A DNA stretch of 64,000 nucleotides from Antedon mediterranea (GCF_964355755.1 NC_092675.1:19068912-19132911), one strand, 5' to 3'; shown: positions 1-12,697, counted from the first letter of the stretch. Notes: generated by a model not told the origin, from the sequence alone. Made by a program: numbers and translations.

Positions 1-1653
1 CGCATAATATCCCCTACTGCTTGTAAACACAACTTTGTAAAAAGATTGACTTTGGAGTGTAGATGTGCAGCCAAGCTTTTCGACGATGTGGGAGCTGTGT
101 TGTATAAGTTACATGCATGAATTTCTATAACTCATCATAAATTTAGAACCAACAAATATTCTTTTATGAAACTTAATGAAATTATAATTCATATCATGCG
201 TCAACTTTCTATGTGGTAATAAAACAAGTGTAAATGTTGCTTTTGTAACTCCCCTCTGAATGTTTACAAATGAATAGCATACAGGGTGTTACAGTACTAA
301 GCTAATAATGTGTAACCTTAATTTTACCATGGTCAGTTTTTATAGGCATAGCAAACAAAAATATGTTGGCAATTTTTAATATAAAATTTGTACTAAAAAT
401 TTAGTAGTTGTTTTGCACAAAGTATTTCGCACGAGTGATAATGTTTTGCTACATTTTATTAATTTGATAGAATTTCACTGCAATGTGTATTGTATTGCCC
501 CTTTCGTATGGCCAGTACTGACATGACATTGAAATCAACACCTATATACCAAAAAAAATGTTTGGTAACCAGTGCATATATTAGCGTTTTCTTTCATGTT
601 TCTAACCGTGGGTGTTGCTCACAATTGTTCAAACTTGTGTTAACTCCAAAGTTCTGGTTTTCTTTGTGTGAAAGGAACACAAGTTTTGTATTTAGCAATA
701 GCAAATAGTTGTGGATATTGTAGAGTTAACAGTGCTTTAAATGTATAAATTATAAATAAGATATAAAGAGTTCTATACTGCAGAAAAAGTGGTACTATAA
801 AAAAGAAACATTGTATAGATGAAGTTAATTTTTTGTTGTAAATTTATATTTTTTTAATTCTTAAGAAAGTTCATATAATAATTTTATTCTGATGCATCAG
901 ATACACTTGGAATTATTTCCTATTTTTGCATAATGCACACATATCAAGTTGTGAAACAACTTGCAGTACAGTTAATACTACTTGTACAGTACTTATAAGT
1001 GCATTATTACTGTTTAATATTTGTTTACCATTTTATTTGTTTTACTGAATCTGTCGAAATCATTTTACTGTATCATGCTTGGCTATGGTAATAAACATTC
1101 ATGTCTGAACCTTTTTTTCAATCGTTCTTGTGCTTAAGTTTGATTTCACACAAAACAAGCACACAGTGCTTTAGATTGGTTTTACACAATGTAAGCACAC
1201 AGTGCTTAAGATTGGTTTTACACAATGCAAGCACACGGCAAGTAATTTGGTCAATGTCATGGATCATCCAAATCACTTGCGGTGACCATTATTTTTTCAC
1301 AAAGATCTGAACAGTAAGTTTCATCTATTTATACCCATACCATCTGCTGCAACTAGTTAATTTAGTAACATTAGCATGTTTGTGGTTAGAATTAAGAGGC
1401 AAGAAACAAGTTGTAAGTGATTTGATTCGAATTTGTGTACAGATCAGTTCGAAAGAAACTCGCATCTAGTTCTAATGAAAGCATACAAGGGTATTTAGTA
1501 AAAGTGGGTACATAATAATTTGAATGAAACCAATGCAATACAAATAATTTAAAGTACTATAACATATTTATTCTATATAACAATATTTACAGTTAAAACA
1601 ACGTTTCACTAGAAAATAACTTTGTCTATGTCTATAGATTTTGTTAATTGTCT

Positions 1654-1858
1654 AGGGTCCTGGGAGAGCAATTTTGTACTGAAGGGTCCTGGGAGAGCAA
1701 TCTTGTACTGAAGGGTCCTGGGAGAGCAATCTTGTACTGAAGGGTCCTGGGAGAGCAATCTTGTACTGAAGGGTCCTGGGAGAGCAATCTTGTACTGAAT
1801 GGTCCTGGGAGAGCAATCTTGTACTGAAGGGTCCTGGGAGAGCAATCTTGTACTGAAG
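1654..1858. repeat. 29-bp minisatellite, ~7 near-identical units (AGGGTCCTGGGAGAGCAATCTTGTACTGA), just downstream of the PPM1K stop
   Basis: Head-to-tail units visible directly, with no spacers. Confidence 0.95.
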
Positions 1859-2022
1859 ATCAGTACACAGTTTATGAAAATAAATAAATATACCAGAAAA
1901 CTAAAATATAGTGGATTGTCTTACAGAAATAATTGTACATTTGCAAATACATCTGTATTCGCGGTTGGCACAAGCAAATATTTATATATCAATATGGTGT
2001 ACATTTCAATACTGATGATGTG

Positions 2023-5000
2023 TTAACAATTTGACCTCCCTCTCCATCTTAAACTGTACAGAGAATTAGGATTAAGGTATTCTTGATTTCCCCATTGTCC
2101 AAGTGGTATCACCATGGCACTGGCATTGTCATCGCTCCCAAACTGCATAGCCTGATCCACTATAAAACGGGCCGCTTCTCGTGGATCGTCAACGCGGTTA
2201 ATGGCGTCGCAGATCTCTTGATCCGTCATCACAAAATGAACACCATCAGTAGTGAATATCAGGAAACCGTCTTTGCTGTGTTTTATCTAAAAGAAAAACA
2301 TTACTTATTAAAAAAGGTATTTAGATATTCATGTATGACATATAAAGCCTACACTATCAACTTTATGTGACAACAAAATATGATGTGCCCATATATGGAC
2401 ATGATGATGTCATATCACTACCATATTTGGGAACATCATATTTGGGCACATCACACTTTTTTTGTTTTATAGTGTAGACAGAGTTTTAATCATGCCAGAG
2501 AAAATGAATAGCATCTGCACATTCCAGGTACAGTACCATAGAGATATTATCATACAGATATTGCCTGCTTAGAGGTGAAATATATGATTTGACATCCCCG
2601 AGGGAATGTCAAATCTTTTTTTTTTACCGATATAAAAGGCGATATCTGTTTACGTTCACATATTTAACCTTTCATCCTTCACCTCGTGCCATTATTTGTA
2701 CCATTACACTCATAAACATTCATTATTTGTTTTATATAACACCTAAATAAATTCCTGTCATTTGAATCAAATAAGGTAGCCCGGGCCTAGCCAAGTCTTA
2801 ATACATTTCATTCACATTGATTAAAAACAGTAACATTTGGTTTTTAATAATTTTATATTAAATGTTATATTTATATGGATTTCATAAACACACCTACTTT
2901 TGTGTTAATTATGTCAACAAACGACCAAATAATCCTAGGCCTAGCAAGGCTAAAACGCGTAGGCTAGGCCTAGCTTAATACTATCATGGCCTAGGCTAGA
3001 CTTCTCTAGTCTAGCTTGGCTGAAAGGTAAAACTTCGACAGACAATTGGAACTTATCTAGGCTAATTATGGTTTTTCCACGTCTTGTAGTGATGTCCCCA
3101 TTAATTAATCAAAATCCTAAAAACGATCTAAAGCTAATTTAAACGCCTTTTTGAATGAAATTAGTACATATTATGTCCAAATCGTACACAAATATCTGCT
3201 GCTGTTGCATATCTCGTGGTGGTGTTTACAAATGAAACTGAGACCAGACGACAGGTGGCGCTGTTGTATTTCACAGTACAGAGCCATATCATTGTGTAAT
3301 AGATTTTTTTTCATCCGCGAGGCGTTTTTTTTTTCGTACACAAAAATGTTTCAAAAAGTACTATTAAACAATCGTTTAATAGTGCGTACTATTGCACGCC
3401 ATGTGACCCACAATCGTCCAATCAAATGACAGGAATTTATTTAGGTGTTATATAAAGTTCAATATAATATCTCTATGACAGTACTGTACAAGTTTTAAAT
3501 CTACCTGTTACTAGGGAGGTTTCGCAACCTTACAAATACGATAACGAAAACGGATTCGTCATACATTTGTGAAACTTTTGAGCTGATCCCTATTTCATAT
3601 TCGTAAAGCGTATTCGTGTTGACGAATATCACCAGTCATATTCGTAACTACAAAACGAGTATAGTTTTTGATCTATTTTGCACATTTTGCATTTGAATTA
3701 GGAATGATTCATGATTATAATATAATTATAGATTTATTGAAAGTAATTTACTAAAGTAATTTACTAAAATGCCAGGTCAATTTAGATAAATAGCAGTTTT
3801 TAAAGTCCTCACTCGCTTTGATGTTACGCTAGGCCTAGGCAGCCAAGCACCAAGCAACACGTACCTGCGCTTCGCTCAAATTTACCTCAGTCATATTTTG
3901 GACGCGCCTCGATATTTCGTTGCCATGCGAAACAGATTTTTTTATGGCTTACGAAAACGAATACGTGTGCGTGACGTATCCGTTTTCGTATTTGTAAGAT
4001 TGCGAAACCTCTCTACTTACTTCAACTGATTTTGTTTGTGGTGCAGCAGTCACTCCATATCTCTTTAACTCTGTATCTCCAATACTACGACTCATTGATA
4101 ATACACCATTTACAAGTGGTCTACCAATGCTGTCACAGCTGAAATAAAAAATACAAATTGTGAGTAAATGGCAGAGCGGTTAAGCCGAGGATTTCCATAG
4201 TACAGCCGACTAGCTCTCATACGACTGACCTGTTGATGGAACAATCTTTCTTTGATAAGGAGACAATAAAGGGCCAATGCCAACAATGTGTGAATGAGCC
4301 CTCGGAGTATGTTTTGAACTATTTTATCCATAAAAATACTACACTATGTTGATATAAAGTTTGCTTTACTGTACATCACGTATATACAGTAGAGTTTCTC
4401 GACGTTTCGATCAATAAACTTCGTCAAGAGGACGATCAAAGTATATTTTCAGAACTATATATACATGGTGTACCGCAAACTTTATTTTCACATATTAATT
4501 TTGCCATGCAAACCTTCAAACTATATAATACTACAATACACATACAGTGTAGTACCCAACCTTTCACTTCATTAAGCTCTGTCTACACCATCAAACTTTA
4601 TATGACAAAAAAGTGTGTATCCAAATATGGTAGTGATATGCTTAAATATGGTAGTGTTATGACATCATCATGTTCATATATGGGCATGTCACATTTTTTT
4701 GTCACATAAAGTTTGATAGTGTAGACAAGGCTTTAGATTAGTAATCCACAATACCCTAGCATACCCTGTTGATGGATAAGCCTTATAATACCTGATGAAT
4801 CCACCAGCCTTTTTAATTCTCTCCTGTTCAGCAGGAACTTCTGGTTCATGATCTCGACTCAAGCGTATTGCTTTTCCTTTTCGGCATAAAGTTAAACGTG
4901 TGTCACCAACATGGCTTAACACCAACTCATTTCCATTGCGTAACAAACAAACAGTGGCGGTCGTACCTGAGTTTGATAAAGGATCTAAAAACACACAAAA

Positions 5001-5817
5001 ATAAATTAAAATTTGGATGGAATTAATCAAAGAAAATCCTACCATGGGGTTTACATTTAAATCTTTTTAACATTTGGAGAAATTTTCATGCAATCAAAAT
5101 CCACTCAATTTTGCTCCTGTAATAATGAGCCAATCAGGCACTAACTTAACCCATTTTTATGTCGGAAGTGGGTGGAGATTACACTATAACTTTAACCATG
5201 CAAAAATAGCTTCTTTTTTAAAAAATGTACTGTAATAGTATAATAGATAGATAGATAAGTATAATCAGTTACATAAGGATATGGACTTAGGTGTGAACCA
5301 GAACAAAATTCTGTTAAAAATACTAACTTCCACTTTCAAGTATTAGATATCTCATAAACTTATTATTGAGGTCGATAAATGCGTTCTGTAAAACAATTTG
5401 GAGGTCATCTTCACGCGATATCCAGTATGATATATGATGTTCTAAATGTTTTTGAGTATAATCTGCAGCTAACCCACCACCATGTCCGTCAAATATCCCA
5501 AAATACAACAGGTTTGGCTGAAGTTCATGAATACGAATTCGGTCTTCATTGACACTTTTTCTTCCGGTTAATGATGCATGACCAACCATTTCAAGTGAAA
5601 TCTTTGGGATAGGTATTCCATGTTTAATACTCTGCTGTAACAGTATTGGTTCTTCAATCCTGTTTTCCCACACACCAAAGTTTTTTTGATTAATACAGTG
5701 ACTTGGTTCCTGATTTGGTTCACGGGACCAAAACGTTTCTTCGGACGAGACGAATCTTGCTGTAAGTTTTGAGATATTTCTGTAGGTTGGTGATCTCCTC
5801 GAAATAAAACGAAGCAT
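2023..5817 (-). CDS. PPM1K: Mitochondrial PP2C-family protein phosphatase 1K; coding exons 5817-5328, 4984-4792, 4138-4021, 2286-2023
   Basis: GT-AG introns join in frame. Arg/Ser-rich transit-like N-terminus; '[29 protein letters not shown]' is typical of PPM1K; PP2C motifs NEDR, FDGHGG, SGTTA, HVGDTR, SRSIGD, TDG, GSDDN. Confidence 0.93.
2346..2485. mobile_element. Degenerate copy of the ~130-160 bp Harbinger/Tourist-like MITE family (AGCTCTGTCTACACTATCAAAC TIR)
   Basis: Shares CTACACTATCAA...ATAGTGTAGACAGAG ends and internal GTGCCCATATATGG with copies at 4575, 28956, 41162, 41291 and 52161. Confidence 0.75.
2731..3456. mobile_element. Non-autonomous TIR element in a PPM1K intron; superfamily unassigned
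   Basis: ~35-bp perfect inverted termini TTTATATAACACCTAAATAAATTCCTGTCATTTGA; the right end recurs at ~48420-48490. Confidence 0.8.
3513..4014. mobile_element. PIF/Harbinger-type (ANT target) MITE
   Basis: TIR AGGGAGGTTTCGCAACCTTACAAATACGA, with ACT duplicated at 3510-3512 and 4015-4017; related fragment at 26063-26147. Confidence 0.85.
4575..4732. mobile_element. Harbinger/Tourist-like MITE
   Basis: TIR AGCTCTGTCTACAC(C/T)ATCAAACTTTA, flanked by TTA on both sides. Confidence 0.85.
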
Positions 5818-5898
5818 TTTGTGAACTTGTCTTGCTCAGTTAAAATTCTAAATTAGAGAGAGTTGAAACATAGAGATACAGTATTATATATTTCATTA

Positions 5899-6236
5899 TG
5901 CACTTATCAATTGTATGACCCACTATACGACCCCCGGGAGAGGTGCGTCATTTGTCCGATGTGCGTCATACTTTTGAATACCATGACGCACCCGTGCGTC
6001 AAAAAGGTGACTTACCTTTAGGTGACCATGACGCACCCATTTTGACGCACTGTGACCATGTTGTTTATGATATGGTGGGTGGTAAAGTGACGGACATTGA
6101 CACACCTTGTTCATTGATGTGACGTACCATCTAGGTTTTTTGACGCACCCCTGCGTCAGTAATTATTTGTAAATGACGCACCCATGACGCACCTCTCCCG
6201 GGGGTCGTATAGTGAGTCATACAATTGACAAGTGCA
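5899..6236. mobile_element. MITE with ~50-bp TIRs and internal TGACGCAC repeats, probably Harbinger-type
   Basis: TGCACTT(A/G)TCAATTGTATGAC(C/T)CACTATACGACCCCCGGGAGAGGTGCGTCA is inverted at both ends; TTA flanks at 5896-5898 and 6237-6239. Confidence 0.85.
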
Positions 6237-6310
6237 TTATTAATAATGGTTGAAACAATTCAATTGTGGTTTTTGTGCACTGTATAAATTATGTATTTTT
6301 TACTTATAGG

Positions 6311-7017
6311 TGTTAACTTTGAATAGTATAATGTCGCCCTCTATTTCATGTTTGGTGAGCAAGAGGTGACTTTTCTCCTAGTAAGGTCAGATTGCCATAG
6401 TAACGGGCAGATTGTCTCAGAGTTGTTCTTTGGGATAGTTCATAGCCTAGATAAATACACTAATAGTCAAAAATATGTACTGTAATCTATAGGTTCTGGT
6501 GAAGAAACAGATGTAAGTTTATGATGCTTTATATTTAGATAATATAATCTTTTGTATCATTTAACTGTAGCCTACTAGATAATTACAAATTACTGACTCA
6601 ATTATACTATAATCTAGGCCTAGGCCTACTGTTAAATTGAAGTAATGGTAATACAGTAATGATTAATCGATCATTTTCTATAAATCTAGTTTAATATGAT
6701 TGTTGAGCTATTTAGCTTAGATGTTCCAATTGTTATACAGTACCAATTGATTATTTAATTACAATGACGGCTTTGATTATCCATTAATTTACAGTTTAAA
6801 CCGTTCGATCTATCGTTCGTTCCACTGCTGTGTGTTCGTTCAACATCTATTCATTGTGTGCTCAACCAATTGTTCGACCATTCAACCAATCGTTTTACCA
6901 ATTTGTCAAATCGTTCGTTTCATTGCCGTGTTGAATAAACATTATTTATGTCTATACCTTTGTGAACGCGTTTAATTCGTTTTGACTCCCAGAACCGCAC
7001 GTGACGTCAAGGTTACA
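6311..7017 (+). repeat. 5' LTR (707 bp)
   Basis: Direct repeat of 12771-13472; by eye it differs by 2 substitutions and one 5-bp indel. TATA-like TATAAAT near 6679 and AATAAA near 6934. Confidence 0.97.
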
Positions 7018-7060
7018 TAAGTTTAAAATCAATCTTCTACTGCAATAATCTATCTCTAAG

Positions 7061-10000
7061 ATGTTTGACGTTGAACCAAGTGATTCAGTGAGTTGCGTAA
7101 GCTCCAAACGCTCATCATCGAGCAGCAGATCTAGGATCCGGGTTAAGGCTGAAGCTGCAGCATTAAGGGAACGAGCTGCCAGACAGAAAGAAATGCATGA
7201 CTTGGAAATGCAGGAATTGGTGCTCAAACAAAAGAAGGCGGATGTGGAATTGCAAATTGAAATCGGGGCAATTGAAGCTGCCGACAAAGTTTACAACGAA
7301 GCTGAACAGGACGAGGATGAGGCAGTAGATCGTGAACTCGAAGATCTCTCTCTACCAAAGCTTCAAATTGAAACAACCACTCCCAAACTTCCATCAGGAA
7401 ATCTGCCCGACCAACGATTTGCTCCTGATTATCGAGCAGATTATGTTCCAAAGGAGGAGACAGAACTGTTAGGGAATCCTATGCTGTGGCAGCCTACACC
7501 TCAACCAGCAGTGTTCCAACCATTTAATCTGGATGCTCCTGTATTCCACCAACACAAGCAGATCGATGCCATAGATAGACTGGCATCCACAATGATGAGA
7601 GCACAAGATAAGCAAAATGAAGCATTGAGACAGATCGTCCAACAACAGCAACAAAGTGTTACTGCGCTTACCTTGCCTAACCCGTCAATGAAGTTATACA
7701 GTGGCAATCCTGCTGAATACTGCGAGTTTGTCACTTCATTCAAACATCTTGTTGAGAACAAAACTGTGAGCCAGAGTGCAAGACTGCACTACTTGGTACA
7801 GTACACGACTGGGGCTGTACAAGAGTTGATGAGAAGCTGTCTATCGATGAGTGATGATAAAGGATATGTTGAGGCGAGACGCTTGCTAAAGGAAAGATAT
7901 GGACAAGCATACAAGATAGCTGCTGCCCACGTTCAACTCTTGCTGGATTGGCCGATTATCAAAGTCGAGGATGGCATAGCTCTACAACGCTTCTCTACTC
8001 AACTAACAAGCTGTGCAAATACACTTCAGGAAATTGGATACCTTAGCAAGCTAGATAATCCAGACAATCTTCGGAAAATCATTGAACTCCTTCCGTATCG
8101 ACTAAGGCTAAGATGGCGGGAAGTGGTTGACACTATCATCGTAAAGGAAAAGAGAGATGTAAACATTAAGGATATTACCAAGTTTGTCACCGATAAGGCT
8201 AGGGTAGCAACTCATCCAGTCTTTGGTAAAATAGAGCCAGTGAAGTCTACCAATTCTCCAAATTCGGATAAATTATCGACCAACCACAAATCTAGCAGTT
8301 ATGCCGTTCACAATTCTCAGTCAAACACACCTGTAACATCACAACCAACGTGTCCGCTATGCTGTGAGGACCATTGGCTCTCCAGATGTGAGCAGTTCCG
8401 ACGGAAGTCACTCAACGACCGATGGAAATGTGTAAATGACAAGAAAATCTGTATCAACTGTCTTACAGTTGGACATTTTGTGAAAGATTGTCAAAAGCAA
8501 AGTTTCTGCAAAATATCCGGATGCACGAAGAAACACTCAACATATTTACATCCCAAAGGTGAGACTGCAAGTAATGCTGGTACTGTTGCTGTACAACCAG
8601 TTCAGACATCTCCAGCAACCTTCAGTGGTGAACAGGTCAACATGTCGGCATCGAGAAGCACATCAACCGTTACTGGTCTTGCTGCCGTACCTGTGAGAGT
8701 CAAGGCTCCAGGAAGTGCCAAGCTTGTAGAAACCTATGCATTTCTTGATAGTGGATCCAACACAACTTTCTGCACCACTGGTCTACTAAAGCAATTAGGG
8801 ATATCATCGAATACTGTAGACTTATCATTGACAACCATGAACGGAGTAAATAGACCAATCCAGTGTGAACTTACAAAGTTGGAGATTTTGGATTTAAATC
8901 ATGGACATTCCGTCTTACTTCCAAACGTCTATTCAGTGCAAACCCTACCAATTTCTACCGATACGATCGCTACTCCAGATGACATCAACAAATGGCCTCA
9001 CCTAGCTGGGATTAAAGTAGATAAAATAAATGCAGATATTGGTATTCTCATTGGAAGTGATGTGCCAGAATTGCTACAACCGCTGGAAGTACGCGAATGC
9101 CACGATGGTGGTCCATTTGCCACTAGAACAATATTTGGCTGGGTTGTCAACGGCCCATTGGGAAGGAAGAACTCTGGATCAACACACTGCGCTAACTACA
9201 TTGATTCACATGAAGAGTTGTCAACACAGTTCAAGGACTACTGTAATCTAGAATTCAATGACAGCCTGTACAACCCGAAGGCTGCGATGTCGCAAAATGA
9301 CAAACAGGCATTGCGAATTATGGAAAAAAGCGCTGTTTTGAAAGATGGACATTATGAGATTGCGTTACCATGGAAGTCTTATCCACCAAATCTGAAGACC
9401 AACAAAATACAAGCTGAACGCAGACTTCAGTCCCTCAAACGACGTCTAGACAATGATCCAATTGTATTTGAGAAATATCGCATGTTCATGAACGACTTGG
9501 TAAGAAAGGGCTATGCTGATAAGGTGGAAGTTAATGGTTCGGTACCTGAAGGATGGTACTTACCACATCACCCAGTATTTCATCCTCAAAAACCTGACAA
9601 GGTACGTGTTGTTTTTGACTGTTCGGCGAGATATGGAGGCACATCATTAAACGACCAGCTTCTACAGGGGCCGGACCTTACTAACACACTAGTCGGGGTA
9701 CTAACCCGTTTCCGGCGAGAACAAATCGCTTTCATGGCGGACATTGAATCGATGTATTACCAGGTACGAGTACGAAAAAATGATTCAGACTACCTTAAAT
9801 ACCTCTGGTGGCCAGATGGCAATACCGAGAAGCAGCCTGAAGAGTACAAGATGATGGTTCATCTGTTTGGGGGTGTGTCATCTCCCAGCTGCGCCAACTA
9901 TGCACTAAAACGTAATGCAGAAGACAACCGAGATGACTTTGATGCAGAGACAATCAAAACAGCGAAGGAAAGCTTTTATGTGGATGATTGTCTTCATTCT

Positions 10001-12697
10001 GTAAAGACAGAGCCAGAAGCCAAACAACTGATCAAACAACTTCAGGAACTACTAAACCAGGGCGGGTTCCGTCTGACAAAGTGGACGTCAAATTCAATAA
10101 ATGTTATTGAATCAGTTCCGGATGCCGAAAGGGCAAAATCGGTGAAGGACTTGGATCTGAACTTTGGTGGCATGATGTTAACTGAACGAGCATTAGGTGT
10201 CAAATGGAGCCTGTCAACTGACACATTTGGTTATAGTATCAACAAGAAAGAACGTCCAGCGACAAGACGTGGAATGTTATCAATAACAAGTTCGGTGTAC
10301 GATCCACTTGGATTTGTCGGTCCATGCATCTTGCCTGCAAAGGCCATTCAACAAGAACTGTGCCAAAAGGGTTTAGGATGGGATGACAAGATTCCAGATG
10401 CTTGCAAAGCAAGGTGGGAGGATTGGCTCCAGGATCTTCCTAAGCTGGAGCAGTTCAGCATTCCAAGATGCTTCAAGCCTCTAAACTTTGAAAATGTAGT
10501 TAAACGAGAACTACATCACTTCTCAGATGCTTCAAGTCATGGATATGGTGCAGTATCTTATCTTCGACAAATCAATGTAAATGGAGACATCAGTTGTGCT
10601 ATTGTGATGGCAAAATCCAGGTTAGCTCCTCTCAAGACGATGACTATACCAAGAATGGAGTTATCGGCAGCTGTTGTTTCCACACGATTAGACAAAATGA
10701 TTAAACAAGAACTGCAAACACCTATTGATAGTTGTACGTTTTGGACGGATAGCACATGTGTTCTACGCTATTTAGAAAACAAGGAAACACGATTTCAGAC
10801 GTTTGTAGCTAATCGAGTCACAACCATACTTGATCAAAGTGACGCAAGTCAATGGAGATTTGTGGATGGGTTACACAACCCTGCAGATGAAGCATCAAGA
10901 GGTATGACAGTAAATGAATTACTGATCAATCAACGTTGGAAGGAAGGTCCAGAATTCCTAAAGCAACCTGAGAGGACATGGCCACAAAGACCAGCAAACA
11001 TGGGTGAAATCCCACAAGATGACCCAGAGGTAAAGGCAAAATCCACAGTCTGTGCTACTGGTATAAATGTAATTGACTCGATTTCATCAGTCATTAACTA
11101 CTACTCATCATGGGAGAAGTTGAAGAAGTCGTTTGCATGGATTTTGAGGTACAAAGAAAAGTTACGAGAAGTGGTTCGCAGGCGTAAGGCTGGAGACGAT
11201 GTTTCATTTAATAGAAATGACACAGTTGATCCAATCAATGTTTTGGAGATGAAAGGTGCTGAAATTGCTATCACGAAGCATGTACAGAAATGCTTTGAAG
11301 ACGAGCAAGTTTGCCTGAAGCATGTAAGCCTATCTCAACCCTGCAATACCAAAAAGCAACGAGCACTACCAAAATCCAGCAAGATCTACAAACTCGATCC
11401 CATCTTAAGTGAGGGAGTGATCAGAGTAGGGGGCCGTCTTCAAAATTCACCTATCAACGGTGACATGAAACATCAGATAATCCTACCAAAGAATCACCAC
11501 ATAGTGAAGCTCATTACTACATACTATCACCATTTATCAGGACACAGTGGACTAGAATACACACTGTCCCTAGTTCGACAGAAGTTCTGGCCGATTGATG
11601 CACGTACTGCAGTGAAGAAAGTTCTAAACGAGTGTTTCAGCTGTAAGAGACGCCAATCATCAGTTGGGAAACAAAAAATGGCTTCACTTCCGCAAGACCG
11701 AGTAACACCTTCGAAGCCACCGTTCACGTACGTTGGTGTTGACTGCTTCGGCCCATTCGAAGTAAAAAGGGGGAGGTCAAATGTGAAGAGATATGGTGTC
11801 CTTTTCACATGTCTCACTGTACGAGCAATCCACATCGAAGTTTCAAACTCACTTGACACGGAGTCATTCATGAATGCTATGAGAAGATTCATAGCACGAA
11901 GAGGACAGCCAGAAGAGATTCGATCAGATAATGGAGGAAACTTCAAAAAGGGAGAGAAGGAACTGAATAAAGCAATTAAAGAGTGGAATCAAGGACAAAT
12001 CCATGAATTCTTGTTGCAACGAAATGTGAAATGGTTATTCAATCCACCAATGGGATCTCATCATGGAGGAGTATGGGAGCGCTGTATTCGGACAGTGAGG
12101 AAAGTCATGATGGCTGTGCTGAAACAACAAGTGCTTGATGATGAAGGCCTAAACACTTTAATGTGTGAAGCAGAGGCTATTGTTAATGGTCGGCCGATTA
12201 CTAAGATATCGGATGACCCTCGTGACATGACGCCTTTAACTCCGAATCATTTACTGCTGTTGCGAGGAGGGAACAGCTTACCTCCTGGTAACTTTTCAAA
12301 GGAGGATATTTATCGTCGACGATGGAAACAAGTACAGTACTTATCAAATGTGTTCTGGCGACGATGGGTACGGGAGTATTTACCATCACTGCAACAAAGA
12401 CAAAAATGGAATGTGCAAAAGAGAAACTTTGCTGTAGACGATGTTGTGCTTGTTCTTGACGAAAACACACCACGAAGTTCATGGCCATTGGGAAGAGTTC
12501 TTGAAGTGTACAGCAACCAAAAGGATGGACTTGTACGGTCAGTGAAAGTAAAGACAAACACATCAACGCTTGTGAGACCAATTGACAAACTGGTCCTTCT
12601 TGAGAATGCGAAATATGAACTTTTGAACATTACAGATTGTTCTTCTGCGTTTTATAAGATCCAATTTTGGAATTTATCTTTTCCTTATAAATTTTAA
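7061..12697 (+). CDS. BEL/Pao gag-pol polyprotein (1878 aa)
   Basis: Three Cys/His knuckles (CPLC..HWLSRC, CINC...HFVKDC, C....C...HSTYLH); protease FLDSGS; RT with YLPHH, ADIESMY, YVDD; RNase H FSDAS; integrase HHCC plus DDE (VDCFGP, SDNGGNF, WERC). PR-RT-RH-IN order. Confidence 0.97.
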   Translation: MFDVEPSDSVSCVSSKRSSSSSRSRIRVKAEAAALRERAARQKEMHDLEMQELVLKQKKADVELQIEIGAIEAADKVYNEAEQDEDEAVDRELEDLSLPKLQIETTTPKLPSGNLPDQRFAPDYRADYVPKEETELLGNPMLWQPTPQPAVFQPFNLDAPVFHQHKQIDAIDRLASTMMRAQDKQNEALRQIVQQQQQSVTALTLPNPSMKLYSGNPAEYCEFVTSFKHLVENKTVSQSARLHYLVQYTTGAVQELMRSCLSMSDDKGYVEARRLLKERYGQAYKIAAAHVQLLLDWPIIKVEDGIALQRFSTQLTSCANTLQEIGYLSKLDNPDNLRKIIELLPYRLRLRWREVVDTIIVKEKRDVNIKDITKFVTDKARVATHPVFGKIEPVKSTNSPNSDKLSTNHKSSSYAVHNSQSNTPVTSQPTCPLCCEDHWLSRCEQFRRKSLNDRWKCVNDKKICINCLTVGHFVKDCQKQSFCKISGCTKKHSTYLHPKGETASNAGTVAVQPVQTSPATFSGEQVNMSASRSTSTVTGLAAVPVRVKAPGSAKLVETYAFLDSGSNTTFCTTGLLKQLGISSNTVDLSLTTMNGVNRPIQCELTKLEILDLNHGHSVLLPNVYSVQTLPISTDTIATPDDINKWPHLAGIKVDKINADIGILIGSDVPELLQPLEVRECHDGGPFATRTIFGWVVNGPLGRKNSGSTHCANYIDSHEELSTQFKDYCNLEFNDSLYNPKAAMSQNDKQALRIMEKSAVLKDGHYEIALPWKSYPPNLKTNKIQAERRLQSLKRRLDNDPIVFEKYRMFMNDLVRKGYADKVEVNGSVPEGWYLPHHPVFHPQKPDKVRVVFDCSARYGGTSLNDQLLQGPDLTNTLVGVLTRFRREQIAFMADIESMYYQVRVRKNDSDYLKYLWWPDGNTEKQPEEYKMMVHLFGGVSSPSCANYALKRNAEDNRDDFDAETIKTAKESFYVDDCLHSVKTEPEAKQLIKQLQELLNQGGFRLTKWTSNSINVIESVPDAERAKSVKDLDLNFGGMMLTERALGVKWSLSTDTFGYSINKKERPATRRGMLSITSSVYDPLGFVGPCILPAKAIQQELCQKGLGWDDKIPDACKARWEDWLQDLPKLEQFSIPRCFKPLNFENVVKRELHHFSDASSHGYGAVSYLRQINVNGDISCAIVMAKSRLAPLKTMTIPRMELSAAVVSTRLDKMIKQELQTPIDSCTFWTDSTCVLRYLENKETRFQTFVANRVTTILDQSDASQWRFVDGLHNPADEASRGMTVNELLINQRWKEGPEFLKQPERTWPQRPANMGEIPQDDPEVKAKSTVCATGINVIDSISSVINYYSSWEKLKKSFAWILRYKEKLREVVRRRKAGDDVSFNRNDTVDPINVLEMKGAEIAITKHVQKCFEDEQVCLKHVSLSQPCNTKKQRALPKSSKIYKLDPILSEGVIRVGGRLQNSPINGDMKHQIILPKNHHIVKLITTYYHHLSGHSGLEYTLSLVRQKFWPIDARTAVKKVLNECFSCKRRQSSVGKQKMASLPQDRVTPSKPPFTYVGVDCFGPFEVKRGRSNVKRYGVLFTCLTVRAIHIEVSNSLDTESFMNAMRRFIARRGQPEEIRSDNGGNFKKGEKELNKAIKEWNQGQIHEFLLQRNVKWLFNPPMGSHHGGVWERCIRTVRKVMMAVLKQQVLDDEGLNTLMCEAEAIVNGRPITKISDDPRDMTPLTPNHLLLLRGGNSLPPGNFSKEDIYRRRWKQVQYLSNVFWRRWVREYLPSLQQRQKWNVQKRNFAVDDVVLVLDENTPRSSWPLGRVLEVYSNQKDGLVRSVKVKTNTSTLVRPIDKLVLLENAKYELLNITDCSSAFYKIQFWNLSFPYKF

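Noticed and set aside
1-120. Open frame RIISPTACKHNF...LHA* as the end of an upstream gene
   Set aside because: Only 39 codons at the window edge with no recognisable motif; cannot be supported.
1654-1858. 29-bp repeats as a CRISPR array, or the ORFs 1609-1845 and 1799-2026
   Set aside because: Units are contiguous without spacers, the context is eukaryotic, and the ORFs are repeat artefacts.
6208-6218. TATAGTGAGTC resembles the T7 promoter (possible vector contamination)
   Set aside because: Only 11 bp, and it is part of a MITE TIR mirrored at the other end.
6952-12630. Antisense and alternate-frame ORFs within the retrotransposon
   Set aside because: Shadow ORFs of gag-pol with no recognisable motifs; no env-like ORF seen.
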